Source: Antedon mediterranea
Taxonomy: Eukaryota; Animalia; Echinodermata
DNA: 64,000 bases
Direction of reading: 5' to 3'
Assembly: GCF_964355755.1 (NCBI RefSeq)
Contig: NC_092672.1
Location: 7,006,001 to 7,070,000, forward strand
Below are positions 1-23,776 of the stretch, one piece after another. The position numbers and the translations under genes are program-made. Within the stretch, counting starts at the first letter, position 1; each line of letters opens with the position of its first letter. The notes beneath the pieces were generated by a model. That model made no database searches. It saw only the letters and a list, made by a program, of their open reading frames with translations, and was not told where the DNA came from.

Positions 1-9817
<9,817 letters not shown>

Positions 9818-10124
9818 GTGTGGCTTCAATCGAACATCCTACGAAAAAACCCGTATTTTGCTGATTTTGGTCATTGTAATAATAAGGTTTAACGCAAATA
9901 GCGTTCGCGAAGCATGGTGGGAAGAATTTGGGAGCAAACGTCACGACGCGTACGTACGTGATTTGTTGTTTGTATGTACACGTAGTGACTTTTGCAATGA
10001 TGTTCCTCGCGAAATCAAGCTATTTGCGATAAACCTTATCGGTCTGAAAAAGAAGATTGTGAATCATGTTTTTCCGGTAGAAAGCAAACTCAAGTTTTTT
10101 TTTCTCCTAACTTTGTAATAATAA

Positions 10125-10545
10125 TTAATTTCATTTCGTTTCATTTCATTTATTCCACATTTATTTAGTCATCAATTACAGTACATCATAATTACAGTAC
10201 AACTGAAAACAGGGATCCTGCATAAAAAAGCTGTAGCTTCGTTTTTTTGTAGGACCCTTTTACATAAGAACAAGTATATAGAACTTAAATAAACAAAGGT
10301 GTTGTTAATCAGCATATAGTGATAACAAGTATTTTTGACCTGTTTTTTTATACATTTATTTTGTTTCTTTAAAATAACCGGTTTATTACCACCATTACAA
10401 GTGAATTCTTTCCACAATTTTGGTCCATATGTGTATAAACTGTTGACTGCAAGTTAGTCTTGTGAAGGGAATTTCGAATTCAGTTTCTGTTATGAGGTTA
10501 TGAGTAGGCCTAATACTGTCACAGTAATTAAAAATATTTAAAATG
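10125..10545 (-). mobile_element. 3' end fragment of an L2/CR1-group LINE
   Basis: Minus-strand GPKLW remnant, AATAAA plus (GAAAT)n tail; absent from the paralogous segment near 51790. Confidence 0.55.
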
Positions 10546-13500
10546 TGATGTAATCTGTGTATTTTGTGAATTATTATTTTTTTTAAAAATTAGATTGACG
10601 TTGGAAATCGTTTACATCCTAACATAGTGACGACAACAACCAAGTTATGAAATTTTAAAATGTAAATGTAATTAGTCGATTCTGCTTCATTTTTCGCATA
10701 TTGTTTAATGTCGACGACGAAGATAGATTAAACGAGTCATGGTACTCTTTGTAGATTGAATGGTTAATGTATAAGTAGTGTTGTTATTGTTATACACTAA
10801 TCGAATTGTTTTTTTAATGTGACATGAAAAGATCTCTCCGCCGATCACGTGACATTTCTTCACATTTACACTGCGAGCAATTACGTCACTTTTGTTTTTA
10901 AATGTAAATGTATCAGTGAAATGTGTTTCTGTTTATTTATGTAACCAAGACGACACAGCCACAGGTCGGATTAGCGCCGGATATTATTATTAATATCTAT
11001 TATGTAAAACGCTTAGGTTACAAAACAAATATGTATATTAGTTTAATTATTCAATCCTTTCGAAACAATATTGTTGCTCTATATAATTGGTAGACAGTGA
11101 CACTGAATTTAAAGTCTCGTACAATTATATAGCTTAGTGTATGTTGTTGTAATAAACCGACACCGATTGTTTTGTAGCCGCACCATACATTAGAAACCGA
11201 TTGTTTTGTAGCCGCACCATACATTAGAAAGCGTGTATAATATAATTATCCTAGTTGTATTTATCCAGCTTCTGTCAATACTTATTATAACTACTGCACG
11301 GTAAAGTACCGTACATCTCATGAATTATCGTATGTTAAGCTGAGGTGGTCGCGATGAAGAAATTTGACTACGTCGTATATTTGCAACTTAATTTTGTGGA
11401 ATGGTTTGCGGCATAATATACATCGACTTTTACAAGCATTTCCGTGAATACATAAGTAATTTAAATCTCTGTACAATAGAGAATAAAGTTGGAATTTCCA
11501 TGTTCATTGTGTTGGTGTGTTATGTTTCCAACAACGTCACTATAAAAACTCAAATGAAATCCGGTTCTAGAACCAGTAGAAAACAAGACAAAACGAAATA
11601 TATGCCACGCGTAATGTTATTTGATTTGTATTGGCTTACCTGTCCGGTAATTGAAATACTACAACTAAGCAAGATTTCTCTGGTTGGTAACCAAGGTAAG
11701 CGTTTTTTATTGTTAATCCCGAGACTGAGTTTGCTTTAACCGACTAAACCTGTTCAACAACCCTCGTCATCAGAGATCTCAATATTCCAAATTAACAAAC
11801 ACTATATTTGAAGGAGAATACATAATTGAACCAATTTAATTATATAAATTATAAATACTAATATACTTCTAGTTTTTCTTTATGGTTATAATTCCAGAGA
11901 AATCTCTCAACAAAAAATATAACACAATATTCAACATTTTCACGTCTAGTATATTATTTATTTAGATGTATTATTATTATTATTATTATTTAATAATTTA
12001 ATATTAATATATTCTATTTTCAGGATAGTTGTTTAATTGTTTAAAAAATAAACTAGAAATACAGGATACAACTTGTTTGGTCAATACAACCTACCATTAG
12101 TTATGTGGTTATTCAATTTGCATATTATAATAGTTTTGTAGAGTCTAATGTGTGTATATTGATGTCAATTACCAAAATAACACGAGGAGCTGTTATTTGT
12201 ATAAAAATATGTATATATTCTTTAAACCGATGGCAGATATCGTGACTAGATCACTGCTGGGAAATTTCGTATGCCTGACTGGATATCGATTCGTTTCTTT
12301 TCTATATTTTTATCAGGGAAGAGTGACACTCTTTCCTGCATTTCGTGCTGTTGTAATAGAAAACAGCCGATAATTGACGACGTGGTTCATATCTAACGCC
12401 CAATAAACATCATGCAGTATCGTCTGTTCACGGCAACAAGCCCACAAAACCATGAGCACCGTACCTAACTCCAATTATGAACGGTTCGAACCAAGGAAAG
12501 CTGGGCACTCCATCCAAACAACTGGCTAGCAGAAAGCATTGATATAAAGACTATTGTATGTGTCAGAGGAGGATACAGTATCACATACTGGATGGAAGAA
12601 GACGCATTAGATGTACTGCATTATGTATAGTGTCGTTAGACATAGAATAATCACCCGGGCCGATTCTGTATCATGTTTCCAAAATGCCATGGATATTGAT
12701 ATTAATTGAACGTCAAATATTCATTGATGAGGGTTTCCAAAGATTCGTAATATTTGTCGAGGATGTATGTACACTGGTGTGTGTTTAGATTTTCCATTTG
12801 CGAGTGCAACTAATGGATCTGTCGATCGCGTGGATATAATATTTCAGTCATTGTTCAATTCAAAGCCTAATATTTCAGTGAATCACAGAACTACTATAAA
12901 TAGGCATACACCGGATGGGAAGCCAACCATAGAATATTTTTGAATTTAGTATTGACTTTTCTCAATTGAACAATCACTACTATACACTATTTAATATAAT
13001 GACACAATGTAATATAAAACAACTAATCCTCAAATGATTACGCACACGACTTGCGTGCGTAGCACCCTTAATTACACTTTAAATTATCCGATACATTTCA
13101 TAATAATACCTGTTTCTAAAAAAGAATAGTCAATGCCAAGCCTCATTATTCATCACAACCACCAGCCCATGCAATAACCTTATATAAAAATACAGTATTG
13201 TTTACAAAGAAAACTGGTATTTTAGTGTTGTGTTATATAGATAAAGAGACAGTGGTGACGTGTCGTCATTAGGAATTCTAAAATACTGAATAAAAAAACC
13301 TTTTTTTTTAAAACCTCGAAACGTTTCTTTTTAAAATCTGGACTTTCTGGGCTCTTGTATTTATACTTTTAATTGTCGAATGGAATATACATAGAACTAT
13401 GTCACTACTCGATGAAGTAACTGCAGGTAATTTTTCATGTTATTATGTATCATGTAAGAACCAATCTTTTGAAAAAACCTAGGCCTATGTTTTCACAATT

Positions 13501-13953
13501 TTAGACGAGGTAAATAAAGTCTTGCAAGGCAGCAGTATTTACACTTTATGAGCACAGCACTAGTATTGATACATGTGCGTAGTCCGTAGAAAATGGTTGG
13601 AAGGCGTCGAGGGTTCGAACGAAACCTAATCTCCCGCCCCACCCTCCCCTAAAGTGCCTTTTGAATTAGACATGAGGTATGGTAAATGCTATGCTGGACT
13701 ACACTAAGCTCATGACGATCGTTAAATGTGGAGTAAATTTTTTTTCAATTTTTTTAACCAATTGTTAATTTAGTACTCGACAAAGGTGCGAGTGGATTAA
13801 CAATATTTATCAAATACTGTAGGCCTACTTTGGTAGGATAATTGTACTGTACCACAAATCGGTGTCTTCGGTAGGTAAGCATGAAAAGTAAGCTTATTAA
13901 GAAATCACAGCAATGAGCATAAGAACAAAAGCATGCGTTAAATTAATCGGAAA

Positions 13954-16900
13954 TTGGTTATCCGCAACGAAGTTGCAGGATAACCTCTTGTGATTGTACG
14001 AAATCATCATCATCATCATCATCATCAACTTTTTGGTTATCCGCAACGAAGTTGCAGGATAACCTCTTGTGATTGTACGAAATCATCAACATCAACTTTT
14101 TATTTTTGGTTATCCGCAACGAAGTTGCAGGATAACCTCTTGTGATTGTACGAAATCATCATCATCTTTTTCTTAATCTTCTTTCTTTCTGTATGATTTT
14201 TGTGTAACGCTTTTCTCTAAAACTTGCAAACATAACATTTTGTTAACTATGTTAACATTTTGACATTTATGTAACGTCGTCAAGCGAAGCTTTTCATGAT
14301 GTTTACAATTGCGCAACGTGACGTACGCGCGATTTAACGATTTTCTCGTATTTAACAAATGTCGAAAACCAAATAACATTTAAAAGTGAAACTTTGCAAA
14401 AGTTTAATTTATATCATGCGCTAACTTTCTGTTGAAAAAAAATTGCGTGTTTTATACAAAGTTACGCGCGCACGCGCATTTAAAATTTCAAAATGCGCAA
14501 AATTAATTTTTAATCAACTTTCTACGCGTTTCATGTCGTTTTAAGCATGTCAAAAATTCCCACGCGTGCGCACATTTTTACGTGTGCGGTGCGCACGTAG
14601 CATTGAAAACGTATTTTTTTCGCGTGATTTATTTTGTTCCAGCCTTTTCTAGTAATGTTACCAAATTTTAAACAATTTCGACTTAAAGATACGTCATACG
14701 AGCACGTCGAATTGGACAATTTGCGCGCGTTTCTTATGAAAAGGTTAAAAAAATCGTTTAAAATATGCCTTTTTTTAAACAGTCGTAATTTCTAAAGTAG
14801 ACGGTCAAATTTTTGTGGATGACATATTCTAGAAGTAAATGAGTTGTAGATATCGGATCAGGTATTAATATGGCTAACCGGACATTGTGACGTCATCGTA
14901 TGGCCACGCGAATATAAAATTTAGGATTTTTGTATCTTTCGTCATAGCTCATCACATTGAATAGAGCGCATCTCCACTTATCCGTTTTCTATTTTCACCC
15001 CGATTTTGATATTGTCTAGGTCAATCAACTATCTTTCGCATGAGTTAAAAATATTTTAATTTTTTTGACGTCATCATGCCTAAAAATTTATATCACGTGT
15101 GGCATCGATTTCATCTTTACAGTAAATTTTAATCTGTTATAGCTCGTAAAAATAAAATGTGATAATCACGATTAAAACTTTTTCTGGAAGCTATTGGATT
15201 GTAGATACGAAATTATGTAAAAATGTTGCCAATCGGATGTTGTGACGTCATCATATGGCCAGTTAAATAAAAAAGGTCGTATTTTCATCTTTTGCGTCAT
15301 AATTCATTACATTTAAAAGAGCGCGCCTCAATATTTCACGTATTCAAATTTCTTCTACACGCTAATACGTTGTTGCTGAGATAATTTCCTTTCGGAATTG
15401 CTACCTTCGCGTTTCATTTTAAAACCGTCAACATGTTAAAAATTGCAATAAATAGCGGGTCCGTAATTTCACCTATTCTACACTGTATGTGATATGGATA
15501 CAGATTATACTGTGTATACTATATATGAATTTAAATAATAAAATTCAGCAATAACAACATATCATATTCTTCAGTTCAGGTCATAATGCCAACGTGAACA
15601 CTTCCTTTTGTCCTCAACCTATCCCCTTAATGTTAATGTTGCACCACTTGCGCGGCGGATAACCAAACTCGTCAAAGTGACGAGTTACATGTCTAGTTGG
15701 TTATCCGCAACGAAGTTGCAGGATAACCTCTTGTGATTGTACGAAATCATCATCATCATCAACTTTTTATTCTTCTTCTTTCTTTCTGTATGATTTTTGT
15801 GTAACGCTTTTCTCTAAAACTCGCAAACATAACATTTTGTTAACTATGTCAACATTTTGACATTTATGTAACGTCGTCAAGCGAAGCTTTTCATGATGTT
15901 TACAATTGCGCAACGTGACGTACGCGCGATTTAACGATTTTATCGTATTTAACATATGTCGAAAACCAAATAACATTTTAAAGTGAAACTTTTCAAAAGT
16001 TTAATTTATATCATGCGCTAAATTTCTGTTGAAAAAAAATTGCGTGTTTTACACAAAGTTACGCGCGCACGCACATTTAAAATTTCAAAATGCGCAAAAT
16101 TAATTTATAATCAACTTTCTACGCGTTTCATGTCGTTTTAAGCATGTCAAAAATTCCCACGCGTGCGCACATTTCTACGTGTGCGGTGCGCACGTAGCAT
16201 TGAAAACGTATTTTTTTCGCGTGATTTATGTTTTTCCAGCCTTTTCTAGTAATTTTACCAAATTTTAAACAATTTCGACTTAAAGATACGTCATACGAGC
16301 ACGTCGAATTGGACAATTTGCGCGCGTTTTTTATGAAAAGGTTAAAAAATTCGTTTAAAATATGCCTTTTTTTAAACAGTCGTAATTTCTAAACTAGACG
16401 GTCAAATTTTTGTGGATGACATATTCTGGAAGTAGATGAGTTGTAGATATCGGATCAGGTATTAATATGGCTAACCGGACATTGTGACGTCATCGTATGG
16501 CCACGCGAATATAAAATTTAGTATTTTTATATCTTTCGTCATAGCTCATCACATTGAATAGAGCGCATCTCCACTTATCCGTTTTCCATTTTCACCCCGA
16601 TTTTGATATTGTCTAGGTCAATCAACTATCTTTCGCATGAGTTAAAAATATTTTAATTATTTTGACGTCATCATGCCTAAAAATTTAAATCACGTGTGGC
16701 ATCAATTTCATCTTTACAGTAAATTTTAATCTGTTATAGCTCGTAAGAATAAAATGTGATAATCACGATTAAAACTTTTTCTGGAAGCTATTGGATTGTA
16801 GATATGAAATTATGTAAAAATGTTGCCAATCGGATGTTGTGACGTCATCATATGGCCAGTTAAATAAAAAAGGTCGTATTTTCTTCTTTTTCGTCATAAT

Positions 16901-19900
16901 TCATTACATTTAAAAGAGCGCGCATCAATATTTAACGTATTCAAATTTCTTCTACACGCTAATACGTTGTTGCTGAGATAATTTGCTTTCGGAATTGCTA
17001 ACTTTGCGTTTCATTTTAAAACCATCAACATGTTAAAAATTGCAATAAATAGTGGGTCCCGTAATTTCACCTATTCTACACTGTATGTGATATGGATACA
17101 GATTATACTGTGTATACTATATATGAATTTAAATAATAAAATTCAGCAATAACAACAGATCATATTCTTCAGTTCAGGTCATAATGCCAACGTGAACACT
17201 TCCTTTTGTCCTCAACCTATCCCCTTAATGTTAATGTTGCACCACTTGCGCGGCGGATAACCAAACTCGTCAAAGTGACGAGTTACATGTCTAGTTCTTC
17301 TTTCTTTCTGTATGATTTTTGTGTAACGCTTTTCTCTAAAACTTGCAAACATAACATTTTGTTACCTATGTTAACATTTTGAAATTTATGTAACGTCGTC
17401 AAGCGAAGCTTTTCATGATGTTTACAATTGCGCAACGTGACGTACGCGCGATTTAACGATTTTCTCGTATTTAACATATATCGAAAACCAAATAACATTT
17501 TAAAGTGAAACTTTGCAAAAGTTTAATTTATATCATGCGCTAACTTTCTGTTGAAAAAAAATTGCGTGTTTTACACAAAGTTACGCGCGCACGCGCATTT
17601 AAAATTTCAAAATGCGCAAAATTAATTTATAATCAACTTTCTACGCGTTTCATGTCGTTTTAAGCATGTCAAAAATTCCCACGCGTGCGCACATTTTTAC
17701 GTGTGCGGTGCGCACGTAGCATGGAAAACGATTTTTTTTCGCGTGATTTATGTTTTTCCAGCTTTTTCTAGTAATTTTACCAAATTTTAAACAATTTCGA
17801 CTTAAAGATACGTCATACGAGCACGTCGAATTGGACAATTTGCGCGCGTTTTTTATGAAAATGTTAAAAAATTCGTTTAAAATATGCCTTTTTTTAAACA
17901 GTCGTAATTTCTAAACTAGAAGGTCAACTTTTTGTGGATGGGATATTCTGGAAGTAGATGAGTTGTAGATATCGGATCAGGTATTAATATGGCTAACCGG
18001 ACATTTTGACGTCATCGTATGGCCACGCGAATAGAAAATTTAGGATTTTTGTATCTTTCGTCATAGCTCATCACATTGAATAGAGCGCATCTCCACTTAT
18101 CCGTTTTCCATTTTCACCCCGATTTTGACATTGTCTAGGTCAATCAACTATCTTTCGCATGAGTTAAAAATATTTTAATTTTTTTGACGTCATCATGCCT
18201 AAAAATTAATATCACGTGTGGCAGTAATTTCATCTTTACAGTAAATTTTAATCTGTTATAGCTCGTAAGAATAAAATGTGATAATCACGATTAAAACTTT
18301 TTCTGGAAGCTATTGGATTGTAGATACGAAATTATGTAAAAATGTTGCCAATCGGATGTTGTGACGTCATCATATGGCCAGTTAAATAAAAAAGGTCGTA
18401 TTTTCATCTTTTGCGTCATAATTCATTACATTTAAAAGAGCGCGCATCAATATTTCACGTATTCAAATTTCTTCTACACGTTAATACGTTGTTGCTGAGA
18501 TAATTTGCTTTCGGAATTACTACCTTCGCGTTTCATTTTAAAACCGTCAACATGTTAAAAATTGCAATAAATAGCGGGTCCCGTAATTTCACCTATTCTA
18601 CACTGTATGTGATATGGATACAGATTATACTGTCTATACTATATATGGATTTAAATAATAAAATTCAGCAATAACAACATATCATATTCTTCAGTTCAGG
18701 TCATAATGCCAACGTGAACACTTCCTTTTGTCCTCAACCTATCTCCTTAATGTTAATGTTTCACCACTTGCGCGGCGGATAACCAAACTCGTCAAAGTGA
18801 CGAGTTACATGTCTAGTTATTCTTCTTCTTTCTTTCTGTATGATTTTTGTGTAACGCTTTTCTCTAAAACTCGCAAACATAACATTTTGTTAACTATGTT
18901 AACATTTTGACATTTATGTAACGTCGTCAAGCGAAGCTTTTCATGATGTTTACAATTGCGCAACGTGACGTACGCGCGATTTAACGATTTTATCGTATTT
19001 AACATATGTCGAAAACCAAATAACATTTTAAAGTGAAACTTTGCAAAAGTTTAATTTATATCATGCGCTAAATTTCTGTTGAAAAAAAATTGCGTGTTTT
19101 ACACAAAGTTACGCGCGCACGCACATTTAAAATTTCAAAATGCGCAAAATTTATTTATAATCAACTTTCTACGCGTTTCATGTCGTTTTAAGCATGTCAA
19201 AAATTCCCACGCGTGCGCACATTTCTACGTGTGCGGTGCGCACGTAGCATTGAAAACGTATTTTTTTCGCGTGATTTATGTTTTTCCAGCCTTTTCTAGT
19301 AATTTTACCAAATTTTAAACAATTTCGACTTAAAGATACGTCATACGAGCACGTCGAATTGGACAATTTGCGCGCGTTTTTTATGAAAAGGTTAAAAAAT
19401 TCGTTTAAAATATGCCTTTTTTTAAACAGTCGTAATTTCTAAACTAGACGGTCAAATTTTTGTGGATGACATATTCTGGAAGTAGATGAGTTGTAGATAT
19501 CGGATCAGGTATTAATATGGCTAACCGGACATTGTGACGTCATCGTATGGCCACGCGAATATAAAATTTAGTATTTTTGTATCTTTCGTCATAGCTCATC
19601 ACATTGAATAGAGCGCATTTCCACTTATCCGTTTTCCATTTTCACCCCGATTTTGATATTGTCTAGGTCAATCAACTATCTTTCGCATGAGTTAAAAATA
19701 TTTTAATTTTTTTGACGTCATCATGCCTAAAAATTTAAATCACGTGTGGCATCAATTTCATCTTTACAGTAAATTTTAATCTGTTATAGCTCGTAAGAAT
19801 AAAATGTGATAATCACGATTAAAACTTTTTCTGGAAGCTATTGGATTGTAGATATGAAATTATGTAAAAATGTTGCCAATCGGATGTTGTGACGTCATCA

Positions 19901-20345
19901 TATGGCCAGTTAAATAAAAAAGGTCGTATTTTCATCTTTTTCGTCATAATTCATTACATTTAAAAGAGCGCGCATCAATATTTAACGTATTCAAATTTCT
20001 TCTACACGCTAATACGTTGTTGCTGAGATAATTTGCTTTCGGAATTGCTAACTTCGCGTTTCATTTTAAAACCATCAACATGTTAAAAATTGCAATAAAT
20101 AGCGGGTCCCGTAATTTCACCTATTCTACACTGTATGTGATATGGATACAGATTATACTGTGTATACTATATATGAATTTAAATAATAAAATTCAGCAAT
20201 AACAACAGATCATATTCTTCAGTTCAGGTCATAATGCCAACGTGAACACTTCCTTTTGTCCTCAACCTATCCCCTTAATGTTAATGTTGCACCACTTGCG
20301 CGGCGGATAACCAAACTCGTCAAAGTGACGAGTTACATGTCTAGT
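13954..20345 (+). mobile_element. Four ~1.6-kb non-autonomous Helentron-associated (HINE/DINE-1-like) elements, nested and tandem
   Basis: 5' subTIR GGTTATCCGC followed by a (CAT)n/(CTT)n microsatellite; 3' inverted GCGGATAACC, hairpin ACTCGTCA-AAG-TGACGAGT, end CTAG-TT. Heads at about 13954, 14033, 14106, 15697; bodies ending at 15696, 17294, 18816, 20344. Confidence 0.85.
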
Positions 20346-20374
20346 TTAACTTATTATTGTATTGTATATTTGTA

Positions 20375-20431
20375 AAACCGAGGGTAAAAACCGAGGGTAA
20401 AAACCGAGGGTAAAAACCGAGGGTAAAAACC
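20375..20431 (+). repeat. 13-bp tandem repeat (AAAAACCGAGGGT) x4
   Basis: Directly visible. Confidence 0.85.
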
Positions 20432-20629
20432 ATCTGTACTATGTACGCACGTATAATGTTTAAATACACAGACCTTTCTTCTCTCGTTCTTTACTTGGCT
20501 TGCTCTCTCAACCATAAAGGTTTTACAAGATAAGTCTACTATAAATTCAAAAGTATGAAATGTAGAATACATTCACAGTAATCGAACAGTATATAAAAGT
20601 ATTAGCAGTGAAGAGTTAAATTATTATAA

Positions 20630-23173
20630 CTAGATGGCACGCTCGCTTCGCTCGCGTACCATCTAGGGGTGCTCACAGATGGTTCTCGAATACAGTAGAA
20701 TCCACGGACGGGGACTTTTTTGGGACACTAAACAAAAACGGAAGTGTCCCCCTAATTGGGGTATTCAGAAATAGAGACAACAAAACCAATACTGGATTCC
20801 ATAAAGGACAATTAATTTATGTGGATTAAAGAAATTAGGGAGAAATGGAAATGTATGTACGGGAATTGGGCGGCGGCACGTGGTTGTGGTGATGGAACCG
20901 CAGTAATAAAGTTGATTGTATTTATATATTATAAGAACCAAACTAAATAAATAGACCTAGACATTCTGCGAAATGGAAATCGGAAATTCAAGCTCCTATT
21001 CAGTGAAAAATTAAACTGTAGTCTACCTAAATATTTAGGGCAAATCATCGGTTGTGGTGTTGAACTTCCTGTAAACATTTGTGTGAACCAAACTGGGTCG
21101 AATTTCTGTCATGAGTACTGATTTGTTGGCCTGTGATTTATGACGCCTAAGGGATCTATCTAGACTTATTTTTTAGAATAATGTACGTACCTGTCAGATA
21201 CAATTGTCTTGTGTCGTATAATAAATAAGTACTGTAATAGTTACTGAAGTTACTATTACAATCTCGTCAATGAAAACACGAAAATGTATATGCACTTACT
21301 TATGAAAACGTATACAGTATTATACTCAGTTATTGAAACAGTAGGTTTAAAAAAGTTTCGTTTGTCTGTAAAATGATGTAATCAAGCTGTTTACATGAGT
21401 CTTAATTTATAAGCACATCAATAATAAAATAGTTTATCTATCCTGTAATTGGCGAGATTATGGTCGCTGTTGAATGAAATAAAGCCAATCGGTATCATAT
21501 TTGTACAGAAACGTTTTCGCGGCCGAAGGGTGTAACCTAAATTCGTTGTATTATCGTCAAGAACTAACTGTAACTAAACTTACATAGAAAGTAGGGTATC
21601 ATAAATTTGGCCTTAGCACTCGGGGGAGTGGCTAAGATGAAGTCCGTGGGACTACTAAATATAAATTGTAATGAACCTCGAGGGACATAAAAAGGAATAT
21701 TTCATGTTTCATTATCAATGTATAATAAATGGAAACTGTTTACCGATTAAAATAATAGAAATTGGTTTTTTAACATTTTCCGAACCTATTGCAAGTTTAT
21801 TCTCAAAGGGCCCATATATTTACCTACCGTATGTGTTAAACCAAGGGCTCATAAATTTACCTACAGTACTTGTGTTAAACCAAACTGGATGTTCCATTCA
21901 TCGCAAATCAATACATTTGTATAATCGTATATTAAATCTATCAAAATAGTATTTTTTAAAGAAAATCGGCCTGTCTTCAACATTATGATGGTGTACTCTA
22001 GCAATCTATCAAAATAGTATTTTTAAAAGAAAATCGGCCTGTCTTCAACATTATGATGGTGTACTCTAGCTGTTCAACCGGTTTTCAGCTATTAAAAACA
22101 ATTATCGTAGGAGGAGATAGGAAAATGCGAAGCCTCCTCGCTATGTAACATTAGGGTTGAGGGATGGGAAAGCGGATAGGTACAAAGAGGAACAATTTTT
22201 AAATATATTCTTTATCCACTGAGTAACGAAATATTTTGTTCATGTTTTATAGGCCTATAAATAATATACCTCTAAATACAGTAGGCCTAAAACATTTGCG
22301 ATTTAATACTTTGTTAAAACTGTCACTGTCATAATCGATTGAAATATTAAAGTACATGTCATGATACACCACTACGACGTTTATATTTTTGGTAATTATT
22401 AATTAATACAAACGTTGAGAAGGAACTGTCAGTATAAAGTTTATTTGTATATCTAACAGTAGAGCCTATCCACAGTCTCAGTAATAAAGTTTATTTGTAT
22501 ATATTTTTATATTACATCTAACAGTACGAACATTCACAGTAAGAAATGTTCGATTCAAATGAAAAATAGTTAATAGGTATTTACAGTATTGTCAAAGTAT
22601 TGCAAGTTTATTCTCAAAGGGCCCATATATTTACCTACCGTATGTGTTAAACCAAGGGCTCATAAATTTACCTACAGTACTTGTGTTAAAACTCTGGCAG
22701 ACTGAGAGATTGGGATGTTCCATTCATCGCAAATCAATACATTTGTATAATCGTATATTAAATCTATCAAAATAGTATTTTTTAAAGAAAATCGGCCTGT
22801 CTTCAACATTATGATGGTGTACTCTAGCTGTTCAACCGGTTTTCAGCTATTAAAAACAATTATCGTAGGAGGAGATAGAAAAATGCGAAGCCTCCTCGCA
22901 TTTTTTTGGCGGGTATTTTTCAAGATGGACATCCATTAGACAGTGTATACCACGATCGGAAAACACCCCTATTTGGGGCAAATCTTTGAACCTAAATTCG
23001 TTTTAATCGTCAATAACTAATTATCTAACTCAATTTAATTAGTAAACAGGGTTACATCAGGCGGTTAAAATCAGTACCGAAAGTACGAACCAACTTTACA
23101 TACCATCGAGTGAAAATTCTAGAAGTAAGGCGCGATTTACCGAATTTTGCCCTTACGTAAATTTATATATAGA
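20630..23173 (-). mobile_element. Non-autonomous Helitron, full length, with internal duplications
   Basis: On the minus strand it starts A|TCTATATATAAATTTACG and ends with a GC-rich imperfect hairpin (CTAGATGGTACGCG...GCGTGCCATCTAG) followed by T, i.e. 5'-TC...CTAG-3' in an AT site. Internal repeat of about 21788-22140 at 22598-22900. Confidence 0.8.
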
Positions 23174-23703
23174 TCCCTGGTATTGGATTATTAATTAGTT
23201 CTGACCTCACAAGCATATCAGTTTTAAACTGAGTAACGAATATTCCTTTTTTATAATTAAAAAAAAAAATTAAAATAAATTTTCAATTTAAACATCCTGT
23301 GCCTTGATTAATAAATTGTAATTTATTGTAATTTATATTGTAATATGGCACAACGTTGCTTATGAAATACGTTTTACAATATCCTTTTTAATTGTGGTAT
23401 ACAAAGTGAAAAACGTGTGTTGATGTCTCTTCTCAAGCTCGAAATTCAAGTTTTAGTTTTGTGTGTGCGTGTTTGGTTTCGACTTCAGAGGGAATACGTT
23501 AAGTTGGATCACATGATTTTTCAGATGTCACTTAAAAAACTTAACTGACTATCGCAAGTGTATTACGTACTTTTAATATACATGTTCTAATGTTTGATGG
23601 GTGGCACCGGCATTGTATTACAAGCGCACAATCCATTATTCTGAAATAGATTTGCAGTATATTATAATAAAGTTACTTATTTCTCCTCAGATAGTTTACT
23701 GTA

Positions 23704-23776
23704 ATGGCCGCTTGTCTTCATGTTATAAAACTGTTTATGCTGTTTTCGTCTTTAGCCTCAAGTGCTGATAGCAATG
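23704..23776 (+). CDS. Gene B first coding exon: signal peptide [24 protein letters not shown]
   Basis: Acceptor ttctcctcag at 23690, ATG at 23704, hydrophobic core plus small-residue cleavage region, phase-1 donor. Confidence 0.7.

Noticed and set aside
14173-19366. Repeated 62-71-aa minus-strand ORFs in the 1.5-kb units
   Set aside because: No recognisable motifs; they recur only because the non-coding HINE body is repeated
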